64,000 nt of DNA from Mustelus asterias (taxonomy: Eukaryota): NCBI RefSeq assembly GCF_964213995.1, contig NW_027590141.1:1178001-1242000 (forward strand). Reading direction: 5' to 3'. A program made the position numbers and the translations under genes. Numbering within the stretch: the first letter of the stretch is position 1; each line of letters starts with the position of its first letter. A model generated the notes under the pieces. It did not search any database and had not been told where the DNA came from. It saw nothing but the letters and a program-made list of their open reading frames with translations. This document shows, one piece after another, positions 1 through 11,322 of this stretch.

Positions 1-169
1 TCTGGAATGGGAGGTGCAGAGGTAGTTTGAGAATCTGTACATGAACATTCCTCTTCCACTCCCACAGCAGAGTCAACTGGCAAAGCTGGAACCATTTCCT
101 GGTGAACATCCACAGCAGCATGACCCTCTGCCATGTTCTCAGTAATGGTTGCTGACTCTGAAACTGTTC

Positions 170-960
170 CTGACACGGGGTCACACCGCAAGCGAATATG
201 GTCTTGGTGTCTGCGAACAACTCTTCCATTTTACAGTCTCACCACCCAAGATACTGGACCACTTTGGTTTAAAATTATTCCCGGTAACCACCTTTGGTTC
301 CTCCCAAAGTTTCTGATGTAAACCTGATCACCCGGTTTGAACTGCCCCTCTTTGGTGCGGTAGTCGTGTCCCTCCTTCTTCTCTTGTCTCCTGCTCACTT
401 TTGCTCTGAGATCTGGGTGAAGCAGATCCAGATGAGACTTCAACCTTTCCCCGAAAAATTCCGCAGGAGAGAGTCCAGTTGTGGATTGTGGTGTGATGCG
501 AAACTGGAACAAAAATCTTGAGAGCTTGTTCTTAAAGTATCGCTTGCCATTCTCTTCAATCCCTCCTTCAGTGTTTGAACAGCTCTTTCTGCGAGACCAT
601 TTGTAGCCAGATGAAATGGTGCAGTACGCACATGGCGTAGACCATTCCTTTACAGGAATTCCTGAAACACCTCACTTGTAAACAGAGTGTCGTTATCTGA
701 AACAAGCCAATCTGGTAACCCAGGGCTTGTGAAAATTTGACAGAGCTTCTCTATTGTCACAGGAGCTGGAATATTACTCATGGTCTGTGCTTCCAACCAT
801 TTTGAATGCACATTTACAACGACCAAACACACGTGATTCATGAAAGGCCCCCAAAGGCCACATTTAGTCTGGACCACGGCCTATCAGGCCACTCCCAAGG
901 ATGAAGTGGTAATGTACCCAGTGTGTTGTGCCTGATTCAATCGACAAACAGTTTATTGAG
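170..960 (-). mobile_element. Degenerate Gypsy-type LTR retrotransposon integrase fragment
   Basis: Frameshifted ORFs 650-877, 440-631 and 231-512 give SKWLEA..GLPDWLVSDNDT.FTSEVFQEFL, TAPFHLATNGLAERAVQTLK and TPQSTTGLSPAE..FKPGDQVYIRNF..WLPGII..GPVSW (integrase core plus GPY/F-like region). Confidence 0.85.
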
Positions 961-3020
961 TTACGCCAGCGGGGAGAAGCCACAGGGCTGATCATGTGTA
1001 ACTCCACCCAACAAAGAATATCATCAATTCTTATCCAGTTACTCAGCCCATCCCGGCTGGACACAATCCAATCAGAATGGTGATAGATTACACACATTAT
1101 AGGTTCAATAAAATTAGTATCTGGGCATTATGGGGCTTTGTGATCATCTCATGGACAAGTTCCCCTATCATGATGCTTTCCAGACCCCCCATTGGGGGGG
1201 TCTTTCTTTGTACATAGACTCCCTTAGTTAGAAATGGGGTGGATTAAAAGTTCTCAAATGGACGTCAGCACTCTTCCTTTGTTTTAATCTAATGACCACA
1301 TGGTCTGGGAACATTTCTATTTAATACTCTTTCTTTGTAAACTCTTTTCTTCAGTATCCAATTCCAGAATTTTCCTTTTCTTTGTGTTACTTGCGTCAGG
1401 AATAAATCTTTGGACCTGACAGGAAGTTTAACCCAAGATCAATCCAACACAGGATTGGTCAGAATCATTTCACATGTGTCAAATTTTAAATAACCATTAC
1501 AAATTAAAACTCTCATTCTCACATGGGTGAATTGTATCCGGATTAAAGTTTCCACATGTTTAGTAAAATACCCTGGAATCCTGTCTCTGGCCAGTAAATA
1601 TGGCTCCAAGTTCATAACTTCTGAACAAAAAAAGTTTTATTGATCACACTTTCTTTGTTAAAAATCTGTTTGATTTAAATCACAGACAGAAAACCTCAAA
1701 GCTTGAAGCGTTCAACCCACAAATATCATCCATACACAAACAGAGAAACTTAGCATGTGCTTTACAACAACAATAACCAAAATTAATTACTTAAGCGTTC
1801 TTGTGATCCTGTTTTTAAACTTCCAAAAATGCCTTTAATTAAAGATTCAAGATCAGGTTAATCCACCAGAAAGATAAACCGTAACAAATGTAGCCCAAAA
1901 CAATGATAAAACACATCTACAAACATCCACATAAAACAAACAAAACACACAGATTCTCACAGCTCATAAATTTCAAACAATGAATCCTCAGCATTCTCTC
2001 TCGCAGCTATAGCTTCTTAAAGCGACAGAGCACTACAAGCTCACAACTTCTTGATTAAAATAAGATGCAAGATCCTTCATTATAACTTAACCTTTTTTAA
2101 GCCAACTTACAAGGACTGATTTTAGAGGCAACATCTTTTGTTGATTTAAAACCCCAAACACGTTCCACCCAAACACTGGCAAAATCTTTGTTCTTTATCT
2201 GGGGATAAAATTCTCAGTTATTCCAAATTCCTCCAGGCTATGGTTAATATTTCCGCATTTAACTTATTCCCAGAAATCCTCAATTATAAACTAAAATAGA
2301 CACGTGTTTCCGGGCAGTCACAGGAATATGGTCAAGATAGTCCAGTCCCACAATGCCTCACATTCAATCTGCAGTCCTTCAATTATAACAGAATATGTGG
2401 CTGTATGTAGCTGCCTTGGCCATGGTCAACCCCAAGGGTGCCTTCTTGAACTGCTGCAATGCCTGAGGTGTACGTACATCCACAGTGCTGCGAGGAAGGG
2501 ACTTCCAGTTACTGAGAGAGACAAGAGATGAAATTGCTGGGCCTCTGACAGAAATCTTTGTTTCTTCATTGGACACAGGTGAGGTCCCAGAGGATTGGAG
2601 GATAGCAAATGTGATCCCGTTATTTAAGAAGGGTAGCAAGGATAACCCGGGCAATTATAGGCCAGTGAGCTTGACGTCCGTGGTCGGGAAATTGTTGGAG
2701 AAGATTCTTAGAGATAGGATCTGTACACATTTAGAACTGAATAATCTCATTAGCGATAGACAACATGGTTTTGTACGAGGGAAATTTGGTTGAGTTTTTT
2801 GAGGAGGTGACAAAAATGATTGACGAGGGAAGGGCCATGGATGTCGTCTACATGGATTTTAGTAAAGCATTTGACAAGGTCCCTCATGGCAGGCTGGTGC
2901 AAAAGGTTAAATCTCACGGGATCAAAGGTGAACTAGCTAGATGGGTACAGAACTGGCTTCGCCACAGAAGACAGAGGGTAGCAGTGGAGGGGTCTTTTTC
3001 TGATTGGAGGGCTGTGACTA

Positions 3021-4137
3021 GGGTGTTCACAGTAAGAGTTTTAACAACACCAGGTTAAAGTCCAACAGGTTTATTTGGTAGCAAATGGCATTAGCTTTCG
3101 GAGCGCAGATAGTGAGGAACATTGTCAGAGGCTACAGAAGGATTTAGATGGGCTGGAAATTTGGGCAAAGAAATGGCAGATGGAGTTCAATCCTGATCAA
3201 TGCGAAGTGATGCATTTTGGGAGAACTAACGTAGGGGGGAGCTATACGATAAATGGCAGAACCATAAAAGGTGTAGATACGCAGAGGGACCTGGGTGTGC
3301 AAGTCCACAGATCCTTGAAGGTGATGTCACAGGTGGAGAAGGTTGAGAATAAGGCATATGGCATGCTTGCCTTAATAGGACGGGGCATAGAGTATAAAAG
3401 TTGGGGTCTGATGTTACGGTTGTATAGAACGTTGGTTCGGCCGCATTTGGAATACTGCGTCCAGTTCTGGTCGCCACACTACCGGAAGGACGTGGAGGCT
3501 TTAGAGAGAGTACAGAGGAGGTTTACCAGGATGCTGTCTGGGATGGAAGGGCTTAGTTATGAGAAGAGATTGGGTAAACTGGGGTTGTTCTCCCTGGAAA
3601 GACGGAGGATGAGGGGTGACCTAATAGAGGTGTATAAAATTATGAAAGGCAGAGATAGGGTGAACAGTGGGAAGCTTTTCCCCAGGTCGGTGGTGACATT
3701 CATGAGGGGTCATAGGTTCAAGGTGAAGAGGAGGAGGTTTAACACAGATATCAGAGGGACGTATTTTACACAGAGGGTGGTGGGGGCCTGGAATGCGCTG
3801 CCGGGCAAGGTGGTGGAGGCAGACACACTGGGAATGTTTAAGACTTATCTTGATCGCCACATGAACGGAGTGGGAATGGAGAAGTACAAAAGAATGGTCT
3901 AGTTTGGACCAGGGAGCGGCGCGGGCTTGGAGAGCTGAAGGGCCTGTTCCTGTGCTGTATTGTTCTTTGTTTGTTCGCTGCTCCTTCGTCAGATGGAGCA
4001 GGTGGTCGAAAGGAGCAGCGCTCCGAAAGCTAATGGCATTTGCTACCAAATAAACCTGTTGGACTTTAACCTGGTGTTGTTAAAACTCTTACTGTGTTTA
4101 CCCCAGTCCAACGCCGGCATCTCCACCTCATGACTCA
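3021..4137. mobile_element. Penelope-like element end with an inverted second copy, split by a nested CR1
   Basis: cagtaagagttttaacaacaccaggttaaagtccaacaggtttatttggtagc at about 3030-3082 and its reverse complement at about 4042-4095; ggtgttc flanks both sides. Confidence 0.8.
3107..3975 (+). mobile_element. Nested young CR1 3' fragment with an open ORF2 C-terminus
   Basis: ORF 3075-3902 is CR1 from DSEEHCQRLQ onward; tgttctttgtttgtt tail. Confidence 0.92.
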
Positions 4138-4343
4138 GGTGTTCTGCAGGGCTCTGTACTGGGACCTCTGCTGTTTGTGATATATATAAATGATTTGGAA
4201 GAAGATGTCGCTGGGCTGATTAGTAAGTTTGCGGACGACACAAAGATTGCTGGAGTTGCAGATAGTGATGAACATTGTCAGAGAATACAGCAGGATATAG
4301 ATAGGCTGGAAAATTGGGCGGAGAAATGGCAGATGGAATTTAA

Positions 4344-4485
4344 GATGTGGAGATGCCGGTGTTGGACTGGGGGAAACACAGTAAGAAGTCTAACAACACC
4401 AGGTTAAAGTCCAACAGGTTTATTTGGTAGCAAAAGCCACTCGCTTTTGGAACAGGCTGTCACTTCATCAGGTAGGTGGGAGTTC
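4344..4485 (-). mobile_element. Penelope-like terminal fragment with a mutated hammerhead
   Basis: Same family as 3021, 10546, 20761, 38411 and 60411; minus strand reads CTGATGA agtgacagcctgttcc AAAA gcga, so the GAAA core is mutated. Confidence 0.8.
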
Positions 4486-5459
4486 CAGATAAATGCGAAG
4501 TGATGCATTTTGGTAGATCTAATGCAGGGGGAACTATACAATAAATGGCAGAACCATCAGGAGTATATACACACAGAGGGATCTGGGTGTGCAAGTCCAC
4601 ATATCCTTAAAGGTGGCAGCACAGGTGGAAAAGGTGGTGAAGAAGACATATGGCATGCTTGCCTTTATTGGACGGGGCATAGAGTATAAAAGTTGGCATA
4701 TGATGTGGCAGTTACATAGAACGTTGGTTAGGCCACATTTGGAATACTGTGTCCAGTTCTGGTCGCCACACTACCAGAAGGATGTGGAGGCTTTGGAGAG
4801 AGTGCAGAAAAAGTTTACCAGGATGTTGCCTGGTATGGAGGGTATTAGCTATGAGGAGAGATTGAGTAAACTAGGGTTGTTCTCCCTGGAAAGACGGAGG
4901 TTGAGGGGGCGACCTTATAGAAGTTTATAAAATTATGAAGGGAATAGATAGGGTGAACAGTTGGAAGCTTTTTCCCAGGTCAGAAATGACAAACACAAGG
5001 GGTCACAAGTTCAAAGTAAGGGGGGCAAGGTTCAATACAGATATGTGGGGGACGTACTTTACACAGAGGGTGGTGGAGGCCTGGAATGCACTACCAAGCA
5101 AGGTGGTTGAGGCAGACATGCTAGGATCATTTAAGACTTATTGAGATAGCCACATGAACAGACTGGGAATAGAGGGATACAAACGGATTGTCCAGTTAGG
5201 AAGACGTGATCAGTGCAGGCTTGGAGGGCCGAAGGGCCTGTTCCTGTGCTGTATTGTTCTTTGTACATTTTTCAGACTTTCACTGGACTGTTGGTGGATA
5301 TCAGATTGATATTTTCCATTCAACCACACCCAAGGTGAGTTATTCCAATTCCTTTATTGTCCAGGACAATATATCCACAATATCTTTAAAACAGAAATTA
5401 AACATTCCCATTTGATTTCAGACAGTAACATATTCTGTTAGTTTGTTCTTTATTGTCAA

Positions 5460-5805
5460 TGTCAGGCTGGGGTTGTTCTCCTTGGAGCAAAGGAGGTTGA
5501 GGGGAGATTTGATAGAAGTGGACAAGATTCTGACAGGTTGAGATAAGGTGGACAAAGAAAAGCTGTTCCCATTAGCTGAAGGGACAAGGACGAGGGGGGA
5601 CACAGATTTCTTGTTTTGGGTCAAAGATGCAAGGGGACCGGGCCGGGGGCGGGGGGGGGGGGGGGGGGGGGGAGTGGGGGAGATGTGAGGAAGAATATTC
5701 TGATGCAGCGAATGGTAATGACCTGAAACTCGCTGCCTACGAGGGTGGAGGAAGTGGAGACAATAAACAATTAAAAAGGAAATTGGATGGATATTTGCGG
5801 TGTTC
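5460..5805 (+). mobile_element. Degenerate CR1 3' fragment containing a poly-G tract
   Basis: LGLFSLEQRRLRGDLIEV-type sequence; G-rich run at about 5645-5680. Confidence 0.75.
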
Positions 5806-5814
5806 CAAACAGAA

Positions 5815-6860
5815 TGAAGAACAAAGAAAATTACAGCACAGAAACAAGCCCTTTGGCCCTCCAAGCCTGCAGCAACCATGCTGCCCGTCTGAACTAAAAT
5901 CCCCGACCTTTCCGGGAACATATCCCTCTGTTCCTATGCTATTCATATATTTGTCAAGACACATCTTAAAAGTCACTGTCGTATCTTCTTCAACTACCGT
6001 CCCCGGCAACGAGTTCCAGGCACCCACCACCCTCTGTGTAAAAAACCTGCCTTGTACATCTCCTTTAAACCTTGCCCCTCGCACCTTAAACCTATGCCCC
6101 TAGTAACTGACTCTTCCACCCTGGGAAAAAGCTTCTGACTATCCACTCTGTCCATGACCCTCAAAATCTTGTAGACTTCTATCAGGTCGCCCCCCTCAAC
6201 CTCCTTCGTTCCACTGAGAACCAAGCAAGTTTCTTCAACCTCTCCTCATAGCTAATGCCCTCCATACCAGGCAACATCCTGATACATATTTTCTGTACCC
6301 TCTCCAAAGCCTCCACATCCTTCTGGTACAGTGGTGACCAGAATTGAACACGAGATTCCAAGTGCGGTTTAACTAAGGTTCTATAAAGCTGCAACATGAC
6401 TTGCCAATTTTTAAACTCAGTGTCCCGGCTGATGAAGGCAAGCATGCCGTGTGCCTTCTTGACTACCTTCTCCACCTGCGTTGCCACTTTCAATGACCTG
6501 TGTACCTGTACACCCACATCCCTCTGCCTATGAATACTCTTAAGGGTTCTGCCATTTACTGGATATTTCCCATCATTATCTCACAATTGTCTGGATTCAA
6601 CTTCATCTGCCATCTCTCCGCCCAAGTCTCCAACTGATCTATATCCTGCTGTATCCTCTGTCGGACCCCATCGCTATCCGCAATTCCACCAACCTTTGTG
6701 TTGTCCACAAATTTACCAATCAAACCAGTTACATTTTCCTCCAAATCATTTATATATATTACAAACAGCAAAAGTCCCAGCACTGATCCCTGAGGAATGT
6801 CACTTGTCACAGCCCTCCATTCAGAAATGTACCTTTGCACTGCCAACCTCTGTTTTCTTC
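5815..6860 (-). mobile_element. CR1 LINE 3' portion
   Basis: ORFs 6556-6846, 6182-6517 and 5737-6084 (PQGSVLG, KFVDNTK, FFTQRVVGAWNSLP). Confidence 0.92.
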
Positions 6861-7097
6861 TGACTAAATATCTCGAAACCTCCTAACACCCTGTCACTCT
6901 GTGATCCTTGTGACATTTGAAACCAGGTATTCGCAACAAGACTCAAAGAGCATCAGCCCACTGGAGGCTGAGACCAGCCAGTCCAGCACAAAGAAACCCT
7001 CTGACCCTCCCCATTGACCAACTGTGAGAATGAACAAAATGCAGTCCTGGATGTAACTGAGAGCAGAAACAATAACAGCAGAATCCAACCCCTGGAA

Positions 7098-8276
7098 TCA
7101 CTCGTGAACTTGTTGGTGTCTCAGCAGGTGGGATGAAACTCTGAATCCCTTCCCACATACAGAGCAGGTGAATGGTCTCTCGCCAGTGTGAACTCGCTGG
7201 TGTATCCGCAGGTCAGATGACTGAGTGAATCCCTTCCCACACTGAGGGCAGGTGAATGGCCTCTCCCCAGTGTGAACTCGCTGGTGTGTCCGCAGGTGGG
7301 TTGACCGAGTGAATCCCTTCCCACACTGAGAGCAGGTGAACGGCCTCTCCCCTGTGTGAACTCGCTGGTGTGTCAGCAGATCAGATGAGTTTGTGAATCC
7401 CTTCCCACACTGAGAGCAGATGAATGGTTTCTCCGCAGTGTGAACTTGCTGGTGTGTCTGCAGGTGGGTTGACCGAGTGAATCCCTCCCCACACTGAGAG
7501 CAGGTGAACGGCCTCTCTCCTGAGTGAACTCGCTGGTGTGTCCGCAGGTCAGATGACTGAGTGAATCCCTTCCCACACTGAGAGCAGGTGAATGATTTCT
7601 CCCCAGTGTGAACTCGCTGGTGTATCCGCAGGTGGGATGACTGAGTGAATCCCTTCCCACACTGAGAGCAGGTGAATGGCCTCTCCCCTGTGTGACGTAG
7701 CTGGTGTCTCTGCAGGTCGGCTAACTGAGTGAATTCTTGCCCACACTGAGAGCAGGTGAACGGTCTCTCTCCAGTGTGAACTCGTTCGTGTGTCCGCAGG
7801 TTGGATGACTGAGTGAATCCCTTCCCACACTGAAAACAGGTGAATGGCCTCTCCCCAGTGTGAACTCGCTGGTGTCTCTGCAGGTGGGATGACCGAGTGA
7901 ATCTCTTCCCACACTGAGAGCAGGTGAATGGCCTCTCCCCAGTGTGAACTCGCTGGTGTCTCTGCAGGTGGAATGACCGAGTGAATCCCTTCCCACACTG
8001 AGAGCAGGTGAACGGCCTCTCTCCAGTGTGAACTTGCTGGTGTGTCTGCAGGCTGGATAACTGTATGAATCCCTTCCCACACTGCGAGCAGGTGAATGGC
8101 CTCTCCTCAGTGTGAACGCGCTGGTGTGACTGCAGGTGGGATAACTGATTAAATCCCTCCCGACAGTGAGAGCAGATGAATGGTCTCTCCCCAGTGTGGC
8201 TGCGCCGATGAGTTTCCAGCTCTGATGGGGCTCTGTATCCCTTCCCACAGTCTGCACATTTCCATGGTTTCTCCAT
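7098..8276 (-). CDS. ZNF-A: tandem C2H2 zinc-finger protein, 14 fingers, no effector domain
   Basis: Intact ORF from accATGGAGAAACC (MEKPWKC), 392 aa = 14 x 28, with TGERPF linkers; acceptor ttttccag near 8628. Confidence 0.9.
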   Translation of the reverse strand: MEKPWKCADCGKGYRAPSELETHRRSHTGERPFICSHCREGFNQLSHLQSHQRVHTEERPFTCSQCGKGFIQLSSLQTHQQVHTGERPFTCSQCGKGFTRSFHLQRHQRVHTGERPFTCSQCGKRFTRSSHLQRHQRVHTGERPFTCFQCGKGFTQSSNLRTHERVHTGERPFTCSQCGQEFTQLADLQRHQLRHTGERPFTCSQCGKGFTQSSHLRIHQRVHTGEKSFTCSQCGKGFTQSSDLRTHQRVHSGERPFTCSQCGEGFTRSTHLQTHQQVHTAEKPFICSQCGKGFTNSSDLLTHQRVHTGERPFTCSQCGKGFTRSTHLRTHQRVHTGERPFTCPQCGKGFTQSSDLRIHQRVHTGERPFTCSVCGKGFRVSSHLLRHQQVHE

Positions 8277-8763
8277 GGTGCAGGTGTCCTTACCTGTCTC
8301 TTGAGTGGACAATTAGTTGAAACTTCGTCCACACACAGAACAAGATTACAGTCTCGACCCGCTGTGAATGTTGTGATATTTATTCAGGCTGTGTAACTGG
8401 TTAAAGCTCTTTAGTCCATGCACTAGAACACTCTCACTCGAGTGTGGCAGTGTGTTGATGCTTTTTCACTCACACTGACATTTCAAATCCTTTCAAATCG
8501 ACAGACTGGACAATCATTTCTCCTTCTGGATTCAAAGTCCGATGATATTGAGGTCCCAAGGAATATGACTCTGTCACGTCTCGACGTGACGTTTGAGATT
8601 TCAGCCTGTGATTCCTCTTTCAATATCCTGGAAAATGAGTTTCCAAAAGTCATCAGTGTCAGTACAGGATAGAAATTCAGAACAGACAATTTCTATGGAA
8701 CATTCTTTCCTCTCTCATTCCCCAAAAGCTGTAAATCTCCATCCCACACACTCTCTCCCCATT

Positions 8764-8950
8764 CTCAGCAGGTCTGGCAGCATCTGCATGGAGAGAAAAG
8801 AACTGATGTTTCAGAGCTTTGACAAAGGGTCATCTAGACAAGAAACATCAGCTCTTTTCTCTCCTTACAGATGCTGCCAGACCTACTGAGATTTTCCAGC
8901 ATTTTCTCTCTTGGTTTCAGATTCCAGCATCCGCAGTAATTTGCTTTTAT
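8764..8950 (+). mobile_element. Second Penelope-derived short repeat family: inverted head plus degenerate hammerhead
   Basis: 8764-8812 is the reverse complement of about 8842-8890; 8814-8854 reads gagct TTGACAA agggtcatctagacaa GAAA catc agctc. Confidence 0.6.
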
Positions 8951-9590
8951 AAGGCTGCAGATACCTCCTCCCAGGTAACATGCGTGTGCCCAAGACATCA
9001 CCACTTGTTTCCCTTATTTCTTTCGCACCCATGGTGCTCTCCGCAGTAAACACAGAGGAGAAGTATTCATTAAAAATCTCACCCATCTCCTGCGGCTACC
9101 CACACAGATGGCCAGACTGATTTTTAAGGGGATCTATTCTCTCTCTAGCCACCCTTTTACTCTTAATATAGCTATAGAACCTCTTGGAATTTTCTTTAAT
9201 CTTACCTGCCAGATCCATATCAGACCCTCTTTTTGTCCTCCTGATTTCCCTCTTCAGTATTTTCTTACACTTTTTATAGTCAGAGTGATTCACTTGTCCC
9301 CAAAGAACAATACAGCACAGGAACAGACCCTTCGGCCCTCCAGGCCCACGCCGCTCCCTGGTCCAAACTAGACCATTCTTTTGTATCCCTCCATTCCCAC
9401 TCCATTCATTTGGCTATCTAGATAAGTCTTAAACGTTCCCAGTGTGTCCGCTCCACCACCTTGCCTGGCAGCGCATTCCAGGCCCCCACCACCCTCTGTG
9501 TAAAATACGTCCTTCTGGTATCCGTGTTAAACCTCCCCCCCTCACCTTGAACCTATGAGCCCTCGTGAATGTCACCACCGACGTGGGAAA
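8951..9590 (-). mobile_element. Two CR1 fragments (internal ORF2 piece and a 3' end)
   Basis: KENSKRFYSYIKSKR and EIFNEYFSSVFT; 9300-9590 is a near reverse complement of the 3' end at 3680-3970. Confidence 0.85.
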
Positions 9591-9730
9591 ACCCTCACCC
9601 ATTCCATTGTGACATCACACCCTCACCCATTCCATTGTGACATCACACCCTCACCCATTCCATTGTGATGTCACGCTCTCACCCATTCCATTGTGACGTC
9701 ACACTCTCACCCATTCCATTGTGACGTCAG
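9591..9730. repeat. 28-bp minisatellite x5, each unit with a CRE/ATF-like palindrome
   Basis: Unit accctcacccattccattgtgac(a/g)tcac starting at 9591, 9619, 9647, 9675 and 9703. Confidence 0.95.
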
Positions 9731-9769
9731 GGCTTCACTCTCCGATCACAATCCCTGCCGGCCTCCCAC

Positions 9770-10160
9770 ATGCAGCCTCAATGGCGGCAGTCAGCCCGGG
9801 TCTAACACTACAAGCTGCCGCTCCATTGGGTACAAAGGGGGGGACCGGGAAGTTCATTTCCGGGGTTTGGGTTTGAACAACATGTTTACAAAGTCTTTCC
9901 ACCCACCCGCCACATTTATCATTCCCCGCGCGCCGCCCTCTACCTCGTATTGATCTCGCTTCCAGGTTAAAACCATCCGCCTTTCCGTCGCCATTACCCG
10001 CACTGCGCATGCTTCAGATCCCGCCCCTCATTCACTCCGATTGGTTGGAGGACCAGCCGCTCCCGCTCGGTCCTCCAGCCCCGCCCCCTCCTCCTATTGG
10101 TCCGGAGCTGCCGTCAATCAGTGCCCGGGCATTGTGATGTGGAGCATGCGCAGTGTCATT
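9770..10160. promoter_or_regulatory. Promoter P1: CpG-rich, probably bidirectional between ZNF-A (-) and ZNF-B (+)
   Basis: YY1-like aatggcggc at about 9780; NRF1-like tgcgcatgc at about 10004 and 10143; GC boxes; ATTGG at about 10040 and 10096; module paralogous to P2, P3 and P5. Confidence 0.8.
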
Positions 10161-10545
10161 GCTGTCCTTGGCGCTTGTTTGTCCCGGAGAAGCGGAGTCA
10201 GCGTTAGGCGGTGGCTGGGAGGATTTGGAAACCCTTCAGAATCATTGTCAGCTCCCTGGTTTCTCCCTCCCTCCCTCCCTCCCGGGAACAGGCCCAGGTT
10301 AACGGCCCCATCCTGGCTCAGCCACTGGAGGATGGTTCACATCAGAGGATGGGGGAGGGGGACAATAAATAAGAGGTTACACTTTGGCCTCAAATCAATG
10401 AGGACTCTGATCTCTGGGAAGGAAGGAAACCCTGGGAGGTGGGCGGGGAGGATTCACAAACACCCGCTGGAGGCCCCAACACCCCCAATAAGACCCATTG
10501 GTTTTACTGTCATTCTGCAGACAGCAGCTGGAGATTTGAACCCAG

Positions 10546-10835
10546 TAAGAAGTCTCACAACACCAGGTTAAAGTCCAACAGGTTTATTTGGTAGCAAAAG
10601 CCACTCGCTTTCGGAACACTGCTCCTTCATCAGGTGAGTAGGACTTGTGTTCATAAACGGGGCATATATATTGACACAAACTCAATTTACAAGATAATGG
10701 TTGGAATGCGAGTCTTTACAGGTAATCAATTCTTAAAGGTACAGACAATGTGAGTGGAGGGAGAGTTAAGCACAGGTTAAAGAGATGTGTATTGTCTCCA
10801 GCCAGGGCAGTTAGTGAGATTTCCACATCAAGAAC
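10546..10835 (-). mobile_element. Penelope-like 3' end with a 9-bp TSD and a variant hammerhead
   Basis: TSD tgaacccag at 10537-10545 and 10836-10844; minus strand 10601-10637 reads cac CTGATGA a ggagc agt gttcc GAAA gc GA gtg (U16.1 changed to G). Confidence 0.85.
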
Positions 10836-11322
10836 TGAACCCAGACAGAGGAGAGGGAGGGAGAAAATGGAGTGGAGGAAAGAAATGGTGGAGATGTTGA
10901 GATGGGTTTGGATTTCAGCCCAGGGGAGGAGGGAGAGTGTGTGGGACAGGGATTTATAGATTTGGGGAACAAGAGAGGAAAATATGTTCCAGAGAAATTT
11001 CAGAATTTCTATCCTGGACTGACAGTGATGGTACCCTGTATTTGTAAACTGTTTTTGCAGAGTATTATGAAGGAAGATTTACAGATATGAAACTCAAACC
11101 AAACTTCACATCAAGATCTGTTTCAGTGATTTGATTAATCAGAAACTGAATATCGTCAGCCTTTGTCTACAGAAGGAGAAATGTTTATTCTGTCTGCGGG
11201 CAAAGATTTCAAACATCAGTGTGACTGAAAAAGCACCGAGACACACACACACCTGTGAGTTTCCAATGTGCTGAATGTGGAAAGTGGTTTAACAAGTCTG
11301 AAAAATAATCACATCATTCTCA

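Larger units (their letters stand above)
2507..5262 (+). mobile_element. CR1 LINE (5'-truncated ORF2 RT to 3' tail), interrupted at 3021-4137 and 4344-4485
   Basis: VPEDWRIANVIPLFKKG..PGNYRPVSLTS, YMDFSKAFDKVPH, SKFADDTK, RPHLEYCVQFWSP; 3' end gggccgaagggcctgttcctgtgctgtattgttctttg. Confidence 0.93.

Noticed and set aside
3075-3106. Apparent novel N-terminus MVANGISFRSA on a CR1 ORF, and recurrent VRSLTTPG peptides
   Set aside because: Chance read-through of non-coding PLE terminal sequence
5640-5680. Poly-G tracts (also 20667-20684) as functional G-quadruplexes
   Set aside because: Homopolymer expansions not shared by paralogs; lengths are error-prone
7098-8276. 84-bp periodic repeats with variable inserts resembling a CRISPR array
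   Set aside because: They are C2H2 finger codons in a vertebrate context, with no cas genes
6943-8332. Long alternative-frame ORFs over the ZNF genes ([10 protein letters not shown].., WEGIHSVIP..), also over B, D, E and F
   Set aside because: Shadow frames produced by the 84-bp finger repeat; no independent coding evidence
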